From contig DATIPO010000065.1 in NCBI GenBank assembly GCA_035471925.1, forward strand, positions 9,340 to 73,339: 64,000 nt of DNA, given 5' to 3'. Positions 9,623-19,242 of the stretch are shown piece after piece (position 1 is the first letter of the stretch; each line of letters begins with the position of its first letter). Under the pieces are notes generated by a model. It did no database searches and was not told the origin of the DNA. It saw only the letters and a program-made list of their open reading frames with translations. The translations under genes and the position numbers were made by a program. Origin of the DNA: Acidobacteriota bacterium. GTDB lineage: Bacteria; Acidobacteriota; UBA6911; RPQK01; DATIPO01.

Positions 9623-10495
9623 TCAGAGAGCGAGGCTGCGCAGCCAACGGCGCAAGTCGTCGGCCAGGTCTTCCCGTTCCAGGGCGAAGTCGATGGAGGC
9701 TTGCAGGTATTCCAGCTTGTTGCCGGCGTCGTATCGCGTGCCCTCGAATTTGTAGGCGTAGACGGGTTCCTTGCGCAGGAGCGCCCTGAGTCCGTCGGTC
9801 AGTTGAATCTCGCCGCCCTTGCCGGGAGGCGTGCTTTCCAGGGCGTCGAAAATGGCAGGAGTGAGGACGTAGCGTCCGATGATGGCCAGGGTGGAGGGCG
9901 CTTCGTCGACGGGAGGCTTTTCCACCAAGTCGGTGATTCGGAAGAGGCGGTCGTTGCCTTCAACAGCCTCCACGGCGGGTATGCCGTAGCGCGAGACGGC
10001 TTCGCGTTCCACCTCGAAGACGGCCAGCACGCTGGCTTGCTTGGCTTCGAAGACCTCGATCAATTGCTGCATGCCCGGTTTTCGGGAATGAATGATGTCG
10101 TCCCCCAGAAAGACGCCGAAGGGCTCCTGTCCGACATAGGGACGGGCCACCAGGACGGCGTGTCCCAGGCCCAGGGGCTTTTTCTGGCGCACCGAAGAGA
10201 TGGTGATCATGTTGGAAAGGCTGGCGACCATCTCCAGCAGGTCGGCCTTGCCCTGCTCCTTGAGGACGGTGGAGAACTGGTAGTCGTAATCGAAATGGTC
10301 GAGGATGGCGCTCTTGCCCTGCGAGGTGACGAAGCAGAAGTCCTGCAGCCCCGAGGCCACCGCCTCTTCCACCACATATTGGATGGTGGGCTTGTCGACG
10401 ATGGGCAGCATTTCTTTGGGAATGGCTTTGGTGGCCGGCAGGAACCGGGTGCCCATTCCGGCCGCCGGAATGACGGCCTTATGGATCTTGTTCAT
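9623..10495 (-). CDS. galU: UTP--glucose-1-phosphate uridylyltransferase
   Basis: MNKIHKAVIPAAGMGTRFLPATKAIPKEMLPIVDKPTIQYVVEEA is a GalU signature. Start is the internal ATG at 10495. Confidence 0.85.
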   Translation of the reverse strand: MNKIHKAVIPAAGMGTRFLPATKAIPKEMLPIVDKPTIQYVVEEAVASGLQDFCFVTSQGKSAILDHFDYDYQFSTVLKEQGKADLLEMVASLSNMITISSVRQKKPLGLGHAVLVARPYVGQEPFGVFLGDDIIHSRKPGMQQLIEVFEAKQASVLAVFEVEREAVSRYGIPAVEAVEGNDRLFRITDLVEKPPVDEAPSTLAIIGRYVLTPAIFDALESTPPGKGGEIQLTDGLRALLRKEPVYAYKFEGTRYDAGNKLEYLQASIDFALEREDLADDLRRWLRSLAL

Positions 10496-10696
10496 CAGTC
10501 GCCTCCATCTCGGCGAGGATGATAGCATGCGTCCCGGCCGTGCGCCCCCCGCCACACCCGGCTGCCCGACCTGTTCCTCGGCAGCCCCCTCCCGCTCTTG
10601 ACCCGTCTGCCAAGCGTCTGATACTTTTATCGTTTACGGAAACAAGCTCCCGTCTGCGAGACGGGGCAATCCTTTGACAGAGGGGAGTGAAACGAC

Positions 10697-10885
10697 TTGG
10701 CTGAAGTACATGTAGGAGAGAACGAATCTCTCGAGAGCGCGCTTCGCCGCTTCAAGCGGAAGGTCCAGCAAGAAGACATCATCAAAGATATCAAAAAGCA
10801 TTCCTTCTACCTGAAGCCCGGCGAGAAACGGCGCCTCAAGCAGGCCCTGGCCCGTAAGCGCGCTCGTAAAAAGTCGCGCCGCTAG
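10697..10885 (+). CDS. rpsU: 30S ribosomal protein S21
   Basis: (M)AEVHVGENESLESALRRFKRKVQ...RKRARKKSRR with a TTG start; matches the S21 family. Confidence 0.9.
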   Translation: MAEVHVGENESLESALRRFKRKVQQEDIIKDIKKHSFYLKPGEKRRLKQALARKRARKKSRR

Positions 10886-11000
10886 GCCGCTGGCTGGCGA
10901 CCAAGTTCGCACGAGTCCTGTTTTGTGAATTTGGTCAGCGGCCTGGGATGCCCTTGGCCGCCGGCTATTCGGCGCCGACTTGTTGAAGACGACTTTTGCC

Positions 11001-11037
11001 GCCCGAGCAGCCCCCCGCGGCTTGCTCGGGTTTTTTG
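11001..11037 (+). terminator. Rho-independent terminator after rpsU
   Basis: cccgagca...tgctcggg hairpin followed by TTTTTTGTGTTT. Confidence 0.5.
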
Positions 11038-11060
11038 TGTTTGCAGCGGGGGCCGAGAGA

Positions 11061-12365
11061 ATGAACGTAGTTGAGATCATCCGCAAGAAGCGTGACCAAG
11101 AGTCCAACTCGCCCCAAGAAATCCGCCACATGGTCCAAGGGGCGGTCGAGGGCGAGATTCCCGAGTATCAGGTCAGCGCCTGGTTGATGGCTGTTTACCT
11201 TAACGGACTCGAGGCCGAGGAAACCCGGTCGCTGACGCAGGCTCTCATCGACTCGGGCCGCACCGTGGACCTGTCTCACATCCCAGGACTGAAGGTCGAC
11301 AAGCATTCCACCGGCGGGGTAGGAGACAAGACTTCGCCCATCATCGCCCCCATCGTGGCGGCTGCGGGCGGACGCGTCCCCATGGTCTCGGGACGCGGGC
11401 TGGGGCACACGGGCGGCACTCTGGACAAGCTGGAGTCCATCCCCGGCTTTCGCGTCGACCTGTCCCTGCAGCGCTTCACCCAACTGGTTGAGGAGTGCGG
11501 ATTCGCTCTCATCGGCCAGACCGACGAGTTCAATCCCGGTGACCGCATCCTCTACGCCTTGCGCGACGTCACGTCCACCGTGGAGTCGATTCCCCTGATC
11601 GTCTCCAGCATCATCTCCAAGAAAGTCGCCGAGGGCATCGACGCTCTGGTCTTGGACGTCAAGACCGGTGGAGGAGCCTTCATGAAGACGCCGCAGCGCT
11701 CTCGAGAGCTGGCTCGTGCGCTGATCGAGGCCGGGACGGGACTGGGCAAGCGCGTTGTGGCCCTCATCAGCGACATGTCTCAGCCGCTGGGACGGGCGGT
11801 GGGCAACGCCCTGGAGATCCGCGAATGCATCGAGGTTTTGCGGGGCGAGGGACCTGATGACCTGCGCCAACTGTGTCTGGAGTTGGCCGGCTATATGCTC
11901 CTGCTGTCCGAGCTGGCCCCTGACATTGCTTCGGCCCGCGATTTGGCCCGGGAGCAAATCAGCAGCGGACGCGCCCTGCGGGCCTTGGGGGCTCTGATTG
12001 AAAAGCAGCATGGCGACCCGCGGGTGGTCGACGATCTGTCGCTGCTGCCTGGACCCCGCTCCGAATTTGAGTATACTGGCCCGCAGTCTGGCGTCCTGCA
12101 CGAGGTCCGCGCGCTGTCCATCGGACGCGCCGCCATGCTGCTGGGAGCCGGACGTCGAACGGTGGATTCCAGAATCAATCCGGCGGTGGGCATCGAGGTG
12201 CTCAAAAAGGTGGGCGATCATGTCGAAGAGGGCCAAAGTCTGGCCCGGCTTCATTACGATGACGAATCCACTTTGCAGCAGGCCCTCGAGGAGATGGAAA
12301 GCGCCTTCTTCATCTCCCAAGAGGCCGTCGAGGCGCCCCCGCTGATTCACGACGTCCTGGAATGA
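11061..12365 (+). CDS. deoA: thymidine/pyrimidine-nucleoside phosphorylase
   Basis: MNVVEIIRKKRDQ..., KHSTGGVGDKTS, SGRGLGHTGGTLDKLE. Start is at the internal ATG with the RBS gagaga. Confidence 0.9.
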   Translation: MNVVEIIRKKRDQESNSPQEIRHMVQGAVEGEIPEYQVSAWLMAVYLNGLEAEETRSLTQALIDSGRTVDLSHIPGLKVDKHSTGGVGDKTSPIIAPIVAAAGGRVPMVSGRGLGHTGGTLDKLESIPGFRVDLSLQRFTQLVEECGFALIGQTDEFNPGDRILYALRDVTSTVESIPLIVSSIISKKVAEGIDALVLDVKTGGGAFMKTPQRSRELARALIEAGTGLGKRVVALISDMSQPLGRAVGNALEIRECIEVLRGEGPDDLRQLCLELAGYMLLLSELAPDIASARDLAREQISSGRALRALGALIEKQHGDPRVVDDLSLLPGPRSEFEYTGPQSGVLHEVRALSIGRAAMLLGAGRRTVDSRINPAVGIEVLKKVGDHVEEGQSLARLHYDDESTLQQALEEMESAFFISQEAVEAPPLIHDVLE

Positions 12366-12414
12366 GCGTCCTGGGATCCGGGGTCATCTAGGAACGTGGA
12401 GGGCATCGAATAAC

Positions 12415-13653
12415 GTGGACAGACTCATCGGACTGGTTGGCATCGCCCTTTTGCTGGGTTTGGCCTGGCTCTTTTCCACCAAGCGCAGCGCCATCCGCTG
12501 GAAAACGGTGGCTTGGGGACTGGTGCTGCAGTTGCTCTTCGCCCTCTTCGTGCTCAAGGTTCCCTTCGGACAGAGGGCCCTGGAGGCTGTTTCCGCCGCC
12601 GTCACTACTTTGATCGGATTCGCCGACCAAGGATCCTTCTTTCTCTTCCGCGACCTGGTGGGCGAGGGAGCGCCCTTTATTTTCGCCTTCCAGGTGCTGC
12701 CCATCGTCATCTTCATCTCCAGCTTTTTCAGCGTCCTCTACTACCTGGGCATCATGCAGATGATGGTGCTGGGGATGGCCAAGGTGATGACCCGCTTCAT
12801 GGGGGTCAGCGGGGCTGAATCCCTGGGCGCGGCCGCCAACGTCTTCATGGGACAGACCGAAGCGCCCATCGTCGTGGCCCCATACATCAAGAAGATGACC
12901 GACTCAGAACTCATGGCGCTGATGACAGGTGGCATGGCCACTGTCTCGGGCGCCATCCTGGGCGGCTACATCGGACTGGGCGTCAACGCCCAATACCTGA
13001 TCGCCGCCAGCGTCATGGCGGCTCCCGGCTCGTTGGTGGCAGCCAAGATGCTGATTCCCGAGACCGAGCATTCCCTGACCGCCGGCAAAGTGGAGATGAA
13101 GATCGAGCGCACCGACGTCAACATCATTGACGCGGCCGCCCGCGGCGCCGGGCAGGGACTCAACTTGGCCCTCAACATCGGGGCCATGCTCATCGCCTTC
13201 GTCTCCATCATCTACCTGCTCAACGGCATCTTGGGGTGGGTGACGGGCTATTTCGGCGCCCAGCTCACCATGCAGGAGATCCTGGGCTACGCCCTGGCGC
13301 CTCTGACTTTCTTGATGGGCGTGCCCTGGGAGGACGCCAACTCGGTGGGGCAACTCATCGGGCTCAAGATCGTCCTCAACGAATTCCTGGCCTACGACGC
13401 CCTGGCCGGCATGCAGGGGTATGCGGCGGCGGCTGGAGACGTCGCTCCCCAACTGGGCGCCAAGGCCGAAATGATCGCCACCTACGCGCTGTGCGGCTTC
13501 GCCAACTTCTCCAGCATCGCCATTCAGATCGGCGGCATCGGCGGATTGGCCCCGGAACGCAAATCCGACCTGGCCCGGCTGGGACTGCGGGCCGTGCTGG
13601 GAGGCTCGATCGCCAGCTTCATCACCGCCACCCTGGCCGGTATCATCTCCTGA
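12415..13653 (+). CDS. nupC: concentrative nucleoside transporter (NupC family)
   Basis: 412-aa polytopic membrane protein with CNT motifs (GQTEAPIVVAPYIKKMT..., NEFLAY). Confidence 0.9.
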   Translation: MDRLIGLVGIALLLGLAWLFSTKRSAIRWKTVAWGLVLQLLFALFVLKVPFGQRALEAVSAAVTTLIGFADQGSFFLFRDLVGEGAPFIFAFQVLPIVIFISSFFSVLYYLGIMQMMVLGMAKVMTRFMGVSGAESLGAAANVFMGQTEAPIVVAPYIKKMTDSELMALMTGGMATVSGAILGGYIGLGVNAQYLIAASVMAAPGSLVAAKMLIPETEHSLTAGKVEMKIERTDVNIIDAAARGAGQGLNLALNIGAMLIAFVSIIYLLNGILGWVTGYFGAQLTMQEILGYALAPLTFLMGVPWEDANSVGQLIGLKIVLNEFLAYDALAGMQGYAAAAGDVAPQLGAKAEMIATYALCGFANFSSIAIQIGGIGGLAPERKSDLARLGLRAVLGGSIASFITATLAGIIS

Positions 13654-13662
13654 GGAGCCGCC

Positions 13663-14490
13663 ATGGACTACATGAACCAACTCAAGGATGCTGTCCGCTT
13701 CCTGCGCGGACACATCGGGGATCCGCCCGACGTGGTCCTGGTGCTGGGCAGCGGACTGGGCGGCGCCTTCGCCTCCCAAGTCGAAAGCCAACGCCTGAGT
13801 TACACCGAGATTCCCCATTTTCCCGCCTCTTCGGTGGTGGGACACGCCGGCGAGCTGGCCTGGGGCACCCATGAGCAGACCCGATTCTGCGCGCTGATGG
13901 GACGCGTCCACCTCTACGAGGGCCTTCCCCTGGAGCGGGTGGTCTTCGCCGTCCGGTCCATGGCCTTGTGGGGGACCGAGAACTTCCTCATCACCAACGC
14001 CGCCGGCGCCGTCAATGAAGACTTTGAGCCCGGTGAACTGATGCTGATCACCGACCACATCAATCTCCAGGGCGCCAACCCATTGGAGGGCGACAATCAT
14101 GAGGAGCTGGGCCAGCGCTTCCCCGACATGTCCGAGGCCTACCATCCCGATCTGAGGAGGCTGGCGCTGCAATGCGCCGGGGAAGTGGGCATCGGCCTGC
14201 GCCGGGGCGTCTATATCGCCGTCCGCGGACCCAGCTACGAGACTCCCGCTGAGATCCGCATGTGCCGTACTCTGGGGGCCGACGCCGTGGGCATGTCCAC
14301 CGTCCCCGAAGTCATCGCCCTCAATCACATGCAGCGCCGCGTGGCCGGGATCTCTTGCCTGACCAACATGGCCGCCGGCATCCTCGACCAGCCGTTGGTG
14401 CACGACGAGGTGCTGGGGGTGACTGAACGAGTCAAAGGCGATTTCGCCAAGCTGGTGCTGAAGTGGACCGAAAGGCTGGGCGCACAATGA
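13663..14490 (+). CDS. purine nucleoside phosphorylase (trimeric PNP family)
   Basis: VLVLGSGLGG, GHAGELAWG, GMSTVPEV motifs. Confidence 0.9.
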   Translation: MDYMNQLKDAVRFLRGHIGDPPDVVLVLGSGLGGAFASQVESQRLSYTEIPHFPASSVVGHAGELAWGTHEQTRFCALMGRVHLYEGLPLERVVFAVRSMALWGTENFLITNAAGAVNEDFEPGELMLITDHINLQGANPLEGDNHEELGQRFPDMSEAYHPDLRRLALQCAGEVGIGLRRGVYIAVRGPSYETPAEIRMCRTLGADAVGMSTVPEVIALNHMQRRVAGISCLTNMAAGILDQPLVHDEVLGVTERVKGDFAKLVLKWTERLGAQ

Positions 14491-14927
14491 GCGATTCCTC
14501 TTCCAATCAGCCCTCCAGCGGTGCCCCTTTAGAGCGGGCCGCCGAGTTGATCGAGACCGCCACCCAGGCCCGTCTCCGGGCTCAGGCGCAATTCAGCCAG
14601 TTCAAAGTGGGTGCTGCACTGCTCTCGTCACAGGGACAAGTCTTCTCGGGCTGCAACGTCGAAAACGCCAGCTACGGACTGACCATGTGCGCCGAACGAG
14701 TGGCCATTTTCAAGGCCATTTCTGAAGGAGTGACGGAGTTTGAGGCCATCTGCGTGGTGGCCGACACTCAGACCTTGACCCCGCCATGCGGGTCCTGCCG
14801 CCAACTGATCTGGGAAAAATGCGGCGACATCCCCGTTCTCTTGGCCAACCTGAGGGGCGACAGCCGCCAGTTCACCAGCGGCCAACTGCTGCCCTTTCCC
14901 TTCGACCGCTCCTCGCTGACTTCCTGA
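14487..14927 (+). CDS. cdd: cytidine deaminase
   Basis: CAERVAIFKAI and PCGSCRQ zinc-binding motifs. ATGA overlap with the PNP stop. Confidence 0.85.
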   Translation: MSDSSSNQPSSGAPLERAAELIETATQARLRAQAQFSQFKVGAALLSSQGQVFSGCNVENASYGLTMCAERVAIFKAISEGVTEFEAICVVADTQTLTPPCGSCRQLIWEKCGDIPVLLANLRGDSRQFTSGQLLPFPFDRSSLTS

Positions 14928-14933
14928 AAGGCC

Positions 14934-16481
14934 ATGACGATGGACTCCACGAAGAAATCTCTTCTCAACTCCCTGATCAAGACCGGCGCTTGCTCACGCC
15001 AACTCGCGTCGGCAGAGGAACCGTGGCGCGGCCGGCTGATCTTGCTCAAGCTGATGCTGGTTGTGCTTGTGACGGCGGCGGGCTGTTCGGAGGCCCCGCA
15101 GCCGCAGCAGGAGGGCCAAGGCAGCGGCGCGGTCGAGGAATCGAGTGAGGACTCGGCGCTGACGGTCGATCTGCTCATTGAGAAGGGCGCCGTCCTCACC
15201 ATGGACGAAGAGTTCACCTACCATCCGGTGGGCTACGTGGCCGTCAAAGGGGATGAGATCGTTGAAGTGGGTGCCGGGGACGTTCCCGCCGAGATTCATG
15301 GTGTCCGCCGTATCGACGCCTCCGGACACTTCGTCCTGCCCGGACTCATCAACGGCCATCAGCATGCGCCCATGACCGTCATGCGGGGGGTAGCCGACGA
15401 CTTGGCGCTGATGGACTGGCTCCAGAATTACATCTTCCCCGCCGAAGCCGCCAATGTCGATGAGGAGATGGTCTACTGGGGCACCTTGCTGGCCGCCATG
15501 GAGATGATCCGCGGAGGCACCACGCTCTACGTCGACATGTACTATTACGAGGACAAGGTCGCCGAAGCCACCGCCCGGGCCGGCATGCGCGGCATCCTGG
15601 GAGAGACCATCCTCGATTTCCCCGTCCCCGACGCCAAAGACCCGAAGAGCGGCATCGAGGCCGCCAAGGTCTATTTGGCCAAGTGGAAGGACCATCCCCT
15701 CATCATTCCGGCCATCGCGCCCCATTCGCCCTACACCTGTTCCACCGAAACCCTGCTGGCCTGCAAGGCTGCGGCGGAGGAATTCGACGTGCCCTTGGTC
15801 ATCCACGTGGCCGAGACCCAGGACGAGCTGCGCCAAGTCAAAGAGAAGTCGGGGACCACGCCGGTGCGTTATCTGCGCGACATCGGTTTTCTCGACCAGC
15901 GAGTGATCGCCGCCCACACGGTGTGGGTGGACGCCGAAGAGATCGCCCTCATGAAGCAGTTCGGCGTCGGTCCCGTCCACAACCCGGAAAGCAATATGAA
16001 GCTGGCTTCAGGCGTGGCTCCCGTTCCCGACATGCTGGATGCGGGATTGGCCGTGGGCATCGGCACCGACGGTCCGGCCAGCAACAACAACCTCGACTTG
16101 CTGGACGAACTCGACAGCGCCGCCAAACTACACAAGATCCACCGCATGGATCCCACCGTCCTCAGCGCGCGCCAAGCCCTGGCCATGGCCACCCGGCTGG
16201 GAGCCCAGGCTGTCGACATGGATCATCTGGTGGGGAGCCTGGAGATCGGAAAGAAGGCCGACCTGATCCTGATCAAGTCGGACGGGTTGCCTCAGGGCGT
16301 GCCATCCTTCGATCCCTACAGCAGCATCGTCTACTCCCTGGGCGCCGAGGCGGTCGTGATGACCGTCGTCAACGGCAGTGTGGTCTTCGAGAACGGCAGC
16401 CTCACAAAAATCGACGAGGCCGAGGTCTATTCCAAGGTGGCCGAGTTGTCGGCTAAGCTCCGCAGTTCGCTTGAAAAGTGA
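14934..16481 (+). CDS. amidohydrolase-family deaminase (MTA/SAH/guanine-deaminase-like) with a lipoprotein signal
   Basis: HxH metal motif (INGHQHAPM), HVAE and GTDGPASNN. The N-terminal hydrophobic segment ends with the lipobox-like AAGC. Confidence 0.75.
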   Translation: MTMDSTKKSLLNSLIKTGACSRQLASAEEPWRGRLILLKLMLVVLVTAAGCSEAPQPQQEGQGSGAVEESSEDSALTVDLLIEKGAVLTMDEEFTYHPVGYVAVKGDEIVEVGAGDVPAEIHGVRRIDASGHFVLPGLINGHQHAPMTVMRGVADDLALMDWLQNYIFPAEAANVDEEMVYWGTLLAAMEMIRGGTTLYVDMYYYEDKVAEATARAGMRGILGETILDFPVPDAKDPKSGIEAAKVYLAKWKDHPLIIPAIAPHSPYTCSTETLLACKAAAEEFDVPLVIHVAETQDELRQVKEKSGTTPVRYLRDIGFLDQRVIAAHTVWVDAEEIALMKQFGVGPVHNPESNMKLASGVAPVPDMLDAGLAVGIGTDGPASNNNLDLLDELDSAAKLHKIHRMDPTVLSARQALAMATRLGAQAVDMDHLVGSLEIGKKADLILIKSDGLPQGVPSFDPYSSIVYSLGAEAVVMTVVNGSVVFENGSLTKIDEAEVYSKVAELSAKLRSSLEK

Positions 16482-16507
16482 GGAGGCAAGGGAGAGCCGC
16501 TTGGCGG

Positions 16508-17182
16508 CTATTTGCGGTTGACGCAGCGGACGGCCTTCCAATGGCCCAGGAAGTCGATGTTGACGACGCGGTCGATCTCCAAGCCGGCTTCGTCGAAGAG
16601 AGGACGCAGCCGCAGGTCGGTGCGGAAGCCGACTTTGTAAAAGGCCGGGGCCAAGGCCGTTTCCAGAGTCTCAATGACCGGCACCTCGTGGACGAAGTGG
16701 TTGAGGACCAGGATGATGCCTCCGGGACGGCAAACCCGCTTCATCTCAAGCAGCACATTGACGGGATCAGGCACGACCGAAACGAAGTAAGCCGCCAGCA
16801 CCCGGTCGAAGCAGTTGTCGGCGAAGTCCATCGAGGTGGCGTCCATGCGCTTGAGGTCGACGTGGTCCCACCCCCGCTTCTGCATTTGCTTTTCCGCCTC
16901 GCGCAGCATTCCAAGAGAGAGGTCGATGCCCGTGATCTTGATGTCCCGGGGCAGCTCCGAGAGGGTCAATCCGGTGCCCACGCCCACTTCGAGCAGTTTG
17001 GCGCCGGGATAACAGTTGAGCAGGGCTGGTGCTCTTTCGCGTCCTCCGCTCAAGACCCAATTGAACAAAAAGTTATAAAAGCGCGAGTAGGTGTTGTAGA
17101 CCTTCTCGACGGATTCGACGGTCAAGGCGATCCTCCCAAGGCTGTATTGTAATCGTCCTCCCGCGGCCAAGCAAAAAAACAA
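16508..17182 (-). CDS. class I SAM-dependent methyltransferase
   Basis: Motif I LEVGVGTGL plus a downstream acidic loop; UbiE/Methyltransf_11-like. Confidence 0.75.
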   Translation of the reverse strand: MFFCLAAGGRLQYSLGRIALTVESVEKVYNTYSRFYNFLFNWVLSGGRERAPALLNCYPGAKLLEVGVGTGLTLSELPRDIKITGIDLSLGMLREAEKQMQKRGWDHVDLKRMDATSMDFADNCFDRVLAAYFVSVVPDPVNVLLEMKRVCRPGGIILVLNHFVHEVPVIETLETALAPAFYKVGFRTDLRLRPLFDEAGLEIDRVVNIDFLGHWKAVRCVNRK

Positions 17183-17190
17183 CTCCTGGC

Positions 17191-17871
17191 CTACAAGCGG
17201 GGAGGGTTTTCAACGGCCACTTCCTCGATGATCTCGGGACGCTCGTTGTGGGGTGAGTTCACCTCCCGGCTGACCGCAACGGCCTCCATCTCCTCAGCAG
17301 GGTAGGGGACGAGAAGCGCCCGCAGCTCCTTCGAACGTGCCTCCGGATCAAGCCAGTGCCCGTGCTCCTCATGTGGAAGAATCACCGGCATGCGGTCGTG
17401 CACCTGGCCGCTGAGAGGGTTGGGTCCGGTGGTAATGATGGTGCAGGAGAGCACCTGGTGTCCGTCGGGGGCCCGCCAGCGTTCCCACAGTCCGGCGAAG
17501 GCCATCAATCCCCGGTCTTTGCGTCTGAAGAGAAAAGGCTGCTTGCCGTCGCTTTGCTTCCGCCATTCATAGTAGCCGTCCGTCGGCAGAAGGCAACGTC
17601 TTTTCTGGAAGGCGTTGCGGAATGCCGATTTTGACGCTACAGTTTCGGAACGGGCGTTGATCATTTTGAAACCGATCTTCTCGTCCTTGGCCCAATAGGG
17701 AATCAATCCCCAGCGATAGAGGCCGAGTTGGCGGGTGTCGTGGTCGGCCAGGGTCACCGCCGGCACGGTCTGGCTGGGTGCGATGTTGTATCGGGGCGGC
17801 AGGCGCACCTCGTCGACTTCGAAAACGTCGGGAATCTGTTCGGTCTGGGTCAGCGTGTAGCGTCCGCACAT
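17191..17871 (-). CDS. SOS-response-associated peptidase (SRAP/YedK/HMCES family)
   Basis: N-terminal MCGRY with the catalytic Cys2; YNIAPSQ and WGLIPYWAKD motifs. Confidence 0.85.
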   Translation of the reverse strand: MCGRYTLTQTEQIPDVFEVDEVRLPPRYNIAPSQTVPAVTLADHDTRQLGLYRWGLIPYWAKDEKIGFKMINARSETVASKSAFRNAFQKRRCLLPTDGYYEWRKQSDGKQPFLFRRKDRGLMAFAGLWERWRAPDGHQVLSCTIITTGPNPLSGQVHDRMPVILPHEEHGHWLDPEARSKELRALLVPYPAEEMEAVAVSREVNSPHNERPEIIEEVAVENPPRL

Positions 17872-18143
17872 GGGGCCGATTCTAGCCGATCCGCTCCAGA
17901 TGTGAAGTTCTGGGGGTTCGGGGAGGGCTAAGACGCGGGCTCTTCAGACGGTTCCAAAAGCGCATGCCGCTTGCGTTTGGGCGGGGTTTGGAATTGAAGG
18001 AGCAAAATATTTATGGTAACTTCCCGTGCACTCAGGCATCTATGAACCCAGGGCCGGGAGACGCCAAAAAACCCGGACCGCCCGGTTCGGCAGAGAGAAT
18101 GAGCTGGACACGTCCAGTCAGCCATGGAGGTCGATTGAGAACA

Positions 18144-19163
18144 ATGAATTGGAAAACACTGAAGTTGGCAGTTGCCCTGATTGTCCTGGCCACGGTGGCA
18201 GCCCCGGCCGTGATGGCCCAGGAAGCGAGTGCGGAAGGACAAGATCCTGAACAGTACCGCATCGAGTACACGGCCTATCAAGACGCCATCAAGAAAACAG
18301 GCCAGGAAAAGGTCGAAGCTCTGCTGAAATTCTACAGGGATTTCCCCAAATCGAGCTTGCTGCCCTATATCAAGGGCGAATACCTGCAAATCCTGCAAGC
18401 GGCCTACAATGAAGGCAAGGCCGCTGAAACGGTGACGCTGGGCGAGCGCTTTATGCAGGTCGAACCCGGGGAGATCGCGCCGGTTTATTTTTCCGCTGAT
18501 CTGCTGTTCCGGCAGGGAAACTATGCCGATGCTCTTCCTTGGGCTGAGCGCCTTTACAAAGAGGCGGAGAAAGCCGACTTCAAGAAGCGTGCCACGTTCA
18601 TGGCCGCCTTCGCCTCTCTCCAGACCGGGAAAACGGCCAAGCTGCAAAAGTACGGCCCCGAAGCGGTCGATCAGTTCGCTGCCAAAGACACTTATCTGAT
18701 CTCCACCGAGTTGATGCGTCAGGCGGTGTCTTCCAACAATCTCCGTCAGGCTGCCCAATACGCCAACAAGGCCCTGGAGGGCTATGGCGCCGCCGAATCC
18801 TCGGCCAGTGCCGAGATGAGAGAGTACATCGGCGACAACCGCGTGGCCGCCACCATGGTTCTGGGCGAGGCTGCTTATGTTCAAGGACAGTGGAACCGCG
18901 CCATCCAGCAGTTTCAGAGAGTGCTCCAGCTAACTTCCGAGAAGGAGAAGACAGGGCAGGCCTACTATAAGATCGGCATGAGCCACTGGAAGGCCGGCAA
19001 GGTTGATCCCGAAGCCATGCGCGCCTTCGCCCGCGGCTACAAACTCGGCAGCGGCCAATTCTCGCAGCAGTGCTACAAGCATTTGGAAGATCTCTACAAG
19101 ATCCGCCACAACGACTCCACGGCCGGCTTGGATGAGTTCATTCAAGAATCACTGACTGAATAA
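18144..19163 (+). CDS. secreted hypothetical protein (helical, TPR-like)
   Basis: Signal peptide MNWKTLKLAVALIVLATVAAPAVMAQEA. The upstream in-frame extension of the ORF is not protein-like. Confidence 0.6.
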   Translation: MNWKTLKLAVALIVLATVAAPAVMAQEASAEGQDPEQYRIEYTAYQDAIKKTGQEKVEALLKFYRDFPKSSLLPYIKGEYLQILQAAYNEGKAAETVTLGERFMQVEPGEIAPVYFSADLLFRQGNYADALPWAERLYKEAEKADFKKRATFMAAFASLQTGKTAKLQKYGPEAVDQFAAKDTYLISTELMRQAVSSNNLRQAAQYANKALEGYGAAESSASAEMREYIGDNRVAATMVLGEAAYVQGQWNRAIQQFQRVLQLTSEKEKTGQAYYKIGMSHWKAGKVDPEAMRAFARGYKLGSGQFSQQCYKHLEDLYKIRHNDSTAGLDEFIQESLTE

Positions 19164-19189
19164 GCACGACTCACATGCCTGAGTTTCAA

Positions 19190-19226
19190 CGCCGGTCCTC
19201 TCCTCACGGGGGCCGGCGTTTTTTTG
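19190..19226 (+). terminator. Rho-independent terminator
   Basis: cgccggtcc...ggccggcg hairpin followed by TTTTTTT. Confidence 0.75.
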
Positions 19227-19242
19227 TATCCTTGACTCTTCT

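Noticed and set aside
12904-14487. 527-aa minus-strand ORF
   Set aside because: Lies antisense across nupC and the purine nucleoside phosphorylase gene, both with clear family motifs. Gly/Asp/His-rich noise.
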